Source: Bugula neritina (Eukaryota; Animalia; Bryozoa). Taken from it: a DNA stretch of 64,000 bases. The stretch is taken from assembly GCA_964035545.1 (NCBI GenBank), contig OZ037769.1, positions 3,329,929 through 3,393,928 on the forward strand, in the 5' to 3' direction. A program made the translations under genes and the position numbers. Positions 54,748 to 64,000 of this stretch are shown here, in pieces. A model generated the notes under the pieces. It did not search any database. It saw only the letters and a program-made list of their open reading frames with translations, and was not told where the DNA came from. Numbering within the stretch: the stretch's first letter is position 1; the number at the start of each line of letters is the position of its first letter.

Positions 54748-56076
54748 ATGGCGAGCTCTGGAGATGGTGAACCTGTTCAGTATCTTTACACACCTGATTT
54801 AGATGATGAATTCTATCAACAAAATCTTATGCTGACACATCCAACAAATATTTTAAAACTTGATGAGGAAGAATTTACTAACCCAACACGATCTACAGCG
54901 CTAGGAGATAGTCGATTTGAAGGAGAAATTGATGATAACTATCCAAGTTTAACTCAACTTCAACTTGACAATCGCAATCATAACAACAATGACAATGACT
55001 ATGAAGACGATGTGCAGGATATGATAGAGGTATTAAGATAATAAATGCAACTTTTTTTATAATATTTAGCTAATAAATATAATATACACAATATTTTGTT
55101 TTTATTCATAATGAAGCCAAGTCTTTTCGCCCTGATCGTATGACTAATATAGTAATAGTTATTATAATACTATTACTAATAGTAATAGTATTAGTATAAG
55201 TATTGGTAAGCCTATTGCATGCATCACTTAAAAATGAATTTAAGTTGACAATTTTTTAGTTATCTCCTGATGGAGTATTAGACGAAGAAACAATATCTCA
55301 AGGGTTGGATAATTTAGGAAGAAATGCTGATGGAACCTGCCAGGTGTTTCTTGATTGCACCGTTTCTGTAAGTAGAGAATACAAATTGGAATGTTTGTAT
55401 GTAATTCTAGTATGTTGACATTGCACTGCAAGTGTGAAACTAATTCTAGTGATTCTAGTACAGTCAACTAATGATCAGATCAAAGCAGAATTTAAGTTTC
55501 AGTTCTAGTTCTCTTCTATAACAGTGGACAAAGTTATTTAACACTAGTGTATATTTAATTTGAATGTAGATCTTAATAAAATAAATTTTACTATTAAAAC
55601 TGTTGTTGAAATGTTTAGCCACTTACTTTACTCATAATGCTCCCTTAATTTTTAAAACAGAGTATGCGTTAAGAGTTTTTCCAGATATCATTATGACTTA
55701 CAACTGTGATAAGCATACAGCTATTAAAGATCTCTTTAATATTTTAGGGCTACAATTTGACAGACATTACCCTCTTCAAAGGCTACGTTCACCTTCAAAA
55801 AATTGACATATCATATAACAGTCTAACAGGTAGGCCAAATATCGAGAGTTTCAAAATAAAAAATAACACTGACCGCTCTTACCTTGTAAAATTGTTGGTA
55901 GCATCATTTTTCAGAATTTGATGTGATGTGTTGTCTTTTGTCATTTTCTTATACTATTAGACAATTTAAGACTTACTGAACCTTTAAAGAAAAGTTGCTA
56001 GCTGCAATTAAAACTACTACTACTACTGCTGCTACTGCTGCTGCGGCTGCTAGTGCTACTTCTACTGCTAGTGCTG

Positions 56077-56163
<87 letters not shown>

Positions 56164-59100
56164 ATAACTATAATGATACACTGTAGACATCAGTGCGCTG
56201 AGCAGTATCCACCACCTCATAGAACTAGATTGTTCACACAACCAGCTGACAGAGTGTCTCACACTGAGTCCAGCTCCTGCAAACCTCAGATATGCTAACT
56301 TCTCTTTCAACGCCATCTCCAGCATTCCAGATCTTTCTGAGTATGAGTGCTTGGAGTATCTCAACCTTGACAGTATCCTTGATGATAACCATTTAACTTC
56401 CTCTGTTTAAGAATATGAGCAGTGGAAAACTTTAAAAAAAATGTGTAAATTGCAAAATTAATGAACTTAATGCATGCTTCAGGCTATTTGTAAAGTAAAC
56501 ATTCTAGTTTTGAGTTATCTAATATTTGTATTTTAAATTTGCTACACGATTAGTCATGAAGATGAGCACCTAAACTTGTAAAACTTGCTGCTGTTCTTTA
56601 TAGTTTGTTCACTAAATAATTTAGCAATTTAGTACCATCACATAAGTTTGACTTGAATCTTTGTGTGAAAGTCTGCTATTAGCACAATATTACTTAATTC
56701 AAGAAATGTATGATGTCGATTAAAATTATAGTCAAGTGTTTTAGGTTATAGTTTTTAAAAAGCGATTTTGAAATTTAAGTGAGATTAAAAAAACTCTTTT
56801 AAAAGACTGATTTTACTAAAGTTTTGTTTTAGTTCACACTTAAGTTTATCTTTCTGAGCAACACATTAGACAACAACATATCTGAAATGAATGGTTTGTC
56901 AAACTGCAAGAGACTTCGTACCCTGAGTCTGGCTCACAATCACATCAAGAAAATGCAAGGAATGTCCGGGTTGAACATCAGAAATCTGTGTCTGGTTAGT
57001 TGCTATGACACAACTCTCCTGTCTTCTGCAGTATTTAGAAAGAACTTTAAAAACGTTTTCATTTATAAGTTATAAGGCCTACTCACTTGGTTTGAACTGT
57101 TGTCCAATTCTTTTATAGAAATACAATGAGCTCTCAGCAATAGAGAACCTCGAGACTTTAACTTTCCTCCAGACAATTGACCTCTCCGGAAATAAAATTA
57201 GAAGTTTGCTGGGACTTGATCGACATGATTTGCTCGAATGCATAGACTTGGAGAACAATGAGGTGATTACTAATGCTAAATGTTGAGCCTAGTGTTAACG
57301 GTTAATGTATTATTTTCTAAAAATTTTGTATTACAGTTGATGTTATGAAATAAACATAGTACAAGTTTCGGAACAGCAGTGGTCTATTGGTTAAAACAAT
57401 GACTCAGTTTGACACAGGTCATAGATTGAAATCCCACTAAAGCCTTTGCATGGTGATGTCAGGAAGAGGGTCATTTTACTTAATTTAGTACACACTGGAT
57501 ATCTTCAGTTTTTGGCTATTTTTCACAATTTAGCTGATAATGAACATGGTTTTTTGGCTAAAACTAGTAAAACACCAATAAATACACCTAAACAATCAAA
57601 GTTCTTTTTAATTTTGCTTCATTTCCTATGTTTTTCTCTAATTATTCAGCTAGTTTTGGTCACGGACCGTTACGGTTTTTTCGTAACGGTCTGCACATAT
57701 AGAATATTAAGTGCATATGACAATGACCTGTGCTTTAATGTTGGGGAATCCCCTCCCAGCCTTTTCTGTTATGCGTAGTTAAAACCAGCACATAAAAATA
57801 CCATGTATAGTAAATTTCAATTGATTTTGAGCAAACTTTAATATTAGGTCATAAGTTGCTGGTGTGTACTAAATGAAGTAAACTGACTCAAGAGCATTCA
57901 GTCATAATGGCTCTTGTTACATAAGAGAAATGAGTCTTTAGCTCGCTTAAAAGTAGGAGGTTCTCATAGGGATGAAGGCAAGCAAAAATGTAGGTTTATG
58001 AAACACATACTTGGTAATATAGGATAGAGATCATGGAGTTGCAAACAAGAACTTATACTTTGTAGGTTATAGACATCACGGAGGTGAAGTTTATAAAGGA
58101 CTTAGGTATGCTGAGAGATTTGAATTTGCTGAGGAACCCAATTCAAGAGTTGCCGGATTACAGACTCCTAGTCTTGTTTAGAATACCAAAACTCAAAGAC
58201 TTGGACAGAAAGAAAGTTGATGTTAAGGAGAAGGTTAGTGATTCATCAAGTGTTGAATCATTATATTAAAACCTCTAAAATTATGTTCAAACGACGTCAT
58301 GCAGCTTCACATAAACACTATGCCAAGTGTGTTGTATTTAATTACTATCACTAGGTGCTAGTCGTATATAGTTACTAGTGTTTGATACTGGTTCTATATA
58401 CTTACTATTACTTGGTACTAGTTATAAATAACTAGTATCATTAGGTACTGACTGTATTTAGTTACTAGTATTAGACACTGATTGAATGTAATTACTATCA
58501 CTAGGTACTGGCTGTATATATAATTATTAGTACTAGATGTACTGGTTGTATATAGTTACTAGTATCACTAGATACTGGTTGTATATAGTCACCATCACTA
58601 GACACTGTTTCACTATCACTAGATGTACTGGTTGAATATCACATATAGGTGTCGGCAACTAACCTGTTTGATCCACCAATCGAAGTGATAGCCCAGAGAG
58701 ACCATGTGATGCATACAGTGTACTCATTTCTCCAGCCCAAGTGCATTATGGAAAGGTAAGGAACTAATCTGCATGTTCATGTTACTCAAAATCTTTGTTC
58801 TCATCTGCAAAAATATATACAATCTTTTTTCGCTGCTACTGGTGAAATATATACTTTTTTACAGTTTTAGTTCTTAGTTATTGTAAATTTTAGTATAATA
58901 TAGTGTTTAATAAATTCAGTTGTTTATTACGGCTTTCCATGTACACAAAACGGGAAGCAATTAAGAAAAATATGTACATAGTTTTTATACATAGGATATA
59001 TTAAATTTAATGCTGTGTGAATAAAATGATTGTAATTGAGTTATTTTTCTATTGAATCTGTTTTCTGTTTTATTGATTTGTAATTTTGAAATGAGTTGAG

Positions 59101-62100
59101 CGGGTCTCAATGCAATAGGATAGGTTTGTTATAAAATATATAGTATAGTGTAAAATACTTATGAAATATATTTGCACTTCAGTAGGTTTTGCTTTCAGAA
59201 TTTGTATTTCACATAATTTGCAGCACATTGCCAAGCGTAGAGACTCCTTATCCTATGCTTGTCTTGGTTGGACCTCAAGGAGCAGGGAAAAAAGATTTAG
59301 CTCAAAAACTGGTTGAAGAATTCTCAGACTACTTTGGCTACGGGTGAGAGCAAATAGAATTTAATAGTTAAACTACAGTTCTTTTATGTTTTAATTTTGC
59401 CGCTTCATTGCCAAGTTCAGTTATAGGTTTCTCTCATAGTATGTGCACGTTTAGCTATTTTTACTGAATCTAACAATCATTTGTGGTTCTAAATATTGGC
59501 ATGTTCTATCAGCACTCCAAACCGAGAGACATAAATTTGAAATAAGAATTAAGGCTATGCACACCATGTTTGTGCATGTATGCTCTGCTTCCCTATTATC
59601 TTTTTGAATCTAATTTTGCAATGATAGGTAATAAAATGGTTTAACTATAAAAGCACAATGTTTTTCTCAGTAACATTCGTGTCGCAAAATTATGTTACAG
59701 AGAATTTACATACCATCACATATAAATGATTACATTTGTTCATATGTTTGATTCATGTAAAACTTGACTATTTAAACAGATAATTTACTAACATATCTGT
59801 TGTGACCCTTTAAAAGCTGAAAGTAAATCCAACCATCTGTTTCTTTACCTATTTTTGTTAAATTTGATATTTTTTATGGAAGAGTGGCCTTAGATTTACC
59901 TTATTGTTTGAGATACTTATTTCAGCCATCTTGTTAGTAGACAATTTCAGCCATCTTAGTGCTCATATCTCTTTCTCTGTCAACAGTGTCTGTCACACTA
60001 CCCGAAAACGCCAGGCCGAAGAGATTCACGGTAAAGACTACAAGTTTGTGTCCATTGAAGAGTTTGAAGAGCTGATAAAGCTGGGATGTTTCATTCAGAC
60101 TAACATGTATAATGCACAATGGTATGGGCTGAGTATGGATTCTATAGAGAGCATTGCAGCAGAAGGACTGGCTACAGTTGTGAACATGGAACTGGAGGTA
60201 TGGCCTAACAAAACAAAGTATTACTAATCATAATAATACTTTGTTTTCAATTGAGCTATAGCAAGCATGTTTTTGTATATTATTTTCTATGTTTTTTAAT
60301 TCAAGCAATTTTTGTCAAATTTTAGAACTTGAAACTTACTGAGTTTACACTCTATGACATGGGGGCGTAATAATAGTAACTATTTCAGCATCTAGATTTC
60401 GCCTATGCTATAAAATTGATTTTTATAAAATACCGAGTTAGTAATATAGTTGGTGATCAGTCCCAAGTTTTCTAATTATGACAAAAGACAAGTTTAAATA
60501 ATGTGTCTCAAACCATTCAGAATTTACTAAATAAATAGCTTGCAGTGGCTGACAGAGGTAAATCTATGTTTTTGTGACATCTTGTAAATGCACTTCAACT
60601 CTTTAGGGTGTCCTGACGTTAAAGAAGACGCATTTTTCACCGAGATACGTGCTGATTCTCCCAATGAGTCACGAGGCACACGAGAAAAGACTGAGATCTC
60701 GAGACATGTACACAGACGGGCACATTGCAGACATCCTCAAACGAACTCAGATGTACACAGACTACAACCAAGATCACCCGGGCTTCTTTGACTTCATGAT
60801 TAACAGTGGTACAATTGATAAATTCTATACAGCAGTTTGGTTCACCTACAATGTTGTATACATGGCTGCATGCACTCATTTTTATACTTTTGCAGCCGAT
60901 TGTTTACTCGCAAAAGTTTATAGTCACTATCCCACAGGAGCAATTATGACTGGATGCTCCTCCTAACATCGCCAATGGCCTTTACTGGGGTTCAAAGCGC
61001 GCTTCATGCTAACTAAGCCAAACGCTTTAATCCCCAGACTGCCCCCTCAGATGTTTACTGATAATTATAATTTAAATAAATGTTCCTGCAATTCAACTGC
61101 ATGTTCCCTTTCAGTGAGACTAAAGCAATGTTTATTCACAGATGATATCGGCGCTGCATACGTCACTCTCAGACGTCTAATTCTGGAATATCTCGGAATG
61201 AACGTCTCAAATACAGACGAATCTGTAAAATCAGGATCAGGTAGACAGTCGGCGGGCTCTCAAGGGTCTCGACCTGGCACTGGGGGCAGAGGCTATAAGT
61301 TACAAAACATCGATGAAAGTAATCCCAAAGGAAGCGTGGTAGGGATAATTCCAAATAATTTTTTGGTTTATTCACCACAATGTGTAGCAGATTACTAAAC
61401 AGTGGTATATGTTTTAGCTGGAGGCGTCTTTTATCAGAAGAAAGGAACAAGCTATGGACGCTGTCATTGGATACATTCCCTCCTTGTATGAACAGATTGT
61501 TCACAAGTGAGACATCATTAACTTGCTACAAATAGAATGCAAAGAAAATTTTATGATATACCTTTTACATAGTTTATCCCCATTCTACATTGCTTATAAC
61601 ATAGTTGATATTTGTATTAATTATGATGCATGTATAAGTATAATATATACATTATATTGTTATATATTATTTACCATATAATTAAGATATGTACACTATA
61701 TTATATTGTTACCTATAATGTAGTCATGATATACATAAATAATATATCTAACATGTTAAGATTATATTATATTGCATATTCCTTTTTTGTCATTATACTC
61801 CGAGAAGTTATTAGACTAACATTTACATTTCCCAGAATGCCCAGAACAGCGCCGGCAGATTTGCCATCACAGCTTGGATTAGACGGAGTGCGACCAGTTT
61901 CCCAGACGATGCAGCAGGGAGCGACTAGAGCAGACAGCTGCAACACAACCACAAGTGCTGCCAGCTCAAGCACCGGCAGCACAGCTACAGAATCTCACAG
62001 TAGAAGTAGGAGTGCTGCGGAGTCTGTGGATGATGAAGTGCTGGAAAATGGTGAGCAGGGGAGATAAATCTCAATATCAAAAAGCATTTCGTTGACTCTA

Positions 62101-62385
62101 TTACATATAATATATACTTAGATTCACCATCAAATAATTCTTAGATTGGTTTATAGTAAACTATTATAGCTAAAAATACTCTTTGTGACTCCTAATGCTT
62201 CATCTTAAATTGTAGAGAAAAATCTTCCCACTGAAATCATCAACAGAATACAGCTGATGTCTGGCAGCCTAACAGACACTGACTTAGCCACATCCACAGA
62301 CCGACCACCCAGCAGCAGGTTGGGCTCAGCTAGGTTTCAGGTGCTGCCGCCAATTGCTGACAAACCTACTGGAATGGCTGCCTGA
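54748..62385 (+). CDS. LRGUK: Leucine-rich repeat and guanylate kinase domain-containing protein
   Basis: 15 exons: 54748-55029, 55260-55367, 55748-55829, 56187-56372, 56870-56994, 57119-57262, 58066-58233, 58649-58755, 59224-59343, 59987-60197, 60607-60808, 61142-61338, 61418-61506, 61836-62050 and 62216-62385. SDS22-like LRRs, LRRcap (LLRNPIQELPDYRL), NLFDPP, P-loop GPQGAGKK, and GK motifs HTTR...GKDYKFVS and MELEGV. Confidence 0.92.
56013..56165. repeat. (ACT/GCT)n microsatellite
   Basis: Long actactact run in LRGUK intron 3. Confidence 0.96.
56373..56869 (+). other. Putative U12-type GT-AG intron in LRGUK
   Basis: 5' splice site GTATCCTTG; the in-frame join reads LNLD-N-NNISEM; the acceptor gcaacacattag lacks an adjacent pyrimidine tract; the branch site is only a degenerate match. 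Confidence 0.65.
57370..57472 (+). mobile_element. tRNA-derived SINE, diverged copy
   Basis: aacagcagtggtctattggttaaa...attgaaatcccact...ggtgatgtcaggaagag; similar to the 39328-39450 copy. Confidence 0.55.
58331..58640. repeat. Degenerate ~30-35 bp minisatellite (TATAGTTACTAGTATCACTAGATACTGGTTG-like)
   Basis: Repeated ttactagtatcactag / tactggttg units in an LRGUK intron. Confidence 0.75.
60932..61040 (-). mobile_element. tRNA-derived SINE copy
   Basis: cacaggagcaattatgactggatgctcctcctaacatcgccaat is nearly identical to 39331-39375. Confidence 0.68.
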
Positions 62386-62831
62386 GAACGCTGACAGAAT
62401 GAAATGTATTCATTTATCCAAAAAATATATGTAGTTTTTACAAACAGAACTAATAGCTGAAAAGTCGCTAAAGATTACTAGCGTTGAGGAGCAAAAGTTT
62501 TCGTGTTAATTTTCTTATTACCAGAGATTGGTGACTGATTTACAGTTAGAGATATTTATTGATTGTTAACATATTAATATGACAATACAATTATTCTATT
62601 TTTAAAAAAATTCAATAATAAAAATATAAAAACGTGATTATTATATATAAAATAAACTTATTACACAGCTTGATCTAAACAGGTATCTGCTTACTGTAAC
62701 ACTAGTAATAAAATTGTTAGTACACACAAATCTATTTCATAACAGTTATGACCGCAAGATTTTCAATAATTCTAAACTTGAGTCACTATATTATATTAAG
62801 CAACTGACACACCGATGCATTAAATGCAGGA

Positions 62832-63708
<877 letters not shown>

Positions 63709-64000
63709 CTAGATTTCAAATCAATAGAACCTTCAAACATCACGTGATCAGATTTTCAAATGAGTATCTCAAAATAGAAATAAATTCATACCCTAGCCTA
63801 TGACAATAAAACAAGTTTCCCTCTATAAGCGCCCACATAAATAAGGGGCAGTGTAGCACTACTACCTAGATTTCAAATCGAGAGAATTTTTCAATATCAT
63901 GTCATTGGATTTTGAAATGAGCACCTCGAAATAGTTATATCAACCTGTTATAATTCATAACTTAGTTTATGGCAATAGAACATTTTTTTTTTTAAAATGT

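Overview
AT-rich, intron-rich animal genomic DNA. It is probably a marine invertebrate (lophotrochozoan-like), but the species cannot be determined from this window. The ORF track is mostly misleading, so I assembled genes by hand from GT-AG splice sites and exon phases. From left to right: (1) an uninterrupted, 8+ exon KDZ (Kyakuja-Dileera-Zisupton) transposase-like gene on the minus strand that runs off the left edge, with a cluster of TIR-like motifs at about 7030-7116; (2) a 7-exon GPR157-like 7TM receptor; (3) a 2.1-kb foldback element with about 800-bp near-identical arms; (4) frizzled-5/8 in 3 exons; (5) a 21-exon FAM194-domain (C3orf20-like) gene, head-to-head with (6) LRGUK (15 exons) across a promoter with RFX X-box-like motifs, each gene carrying a GTATCCTT (U12-type) intron; (7) the last two exons of AK6, tail-to-tail with LRGUK. 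Many micro- and minisatellites are present, several of them abutting splice acceptors, along with three MITE families and a tRNA-derived SINE. The most notable items are the spliced KDZ transposase with its possible end junction, the two minor-spliceosome introns, the large palindrome, and the acceptor-abutting satellites.
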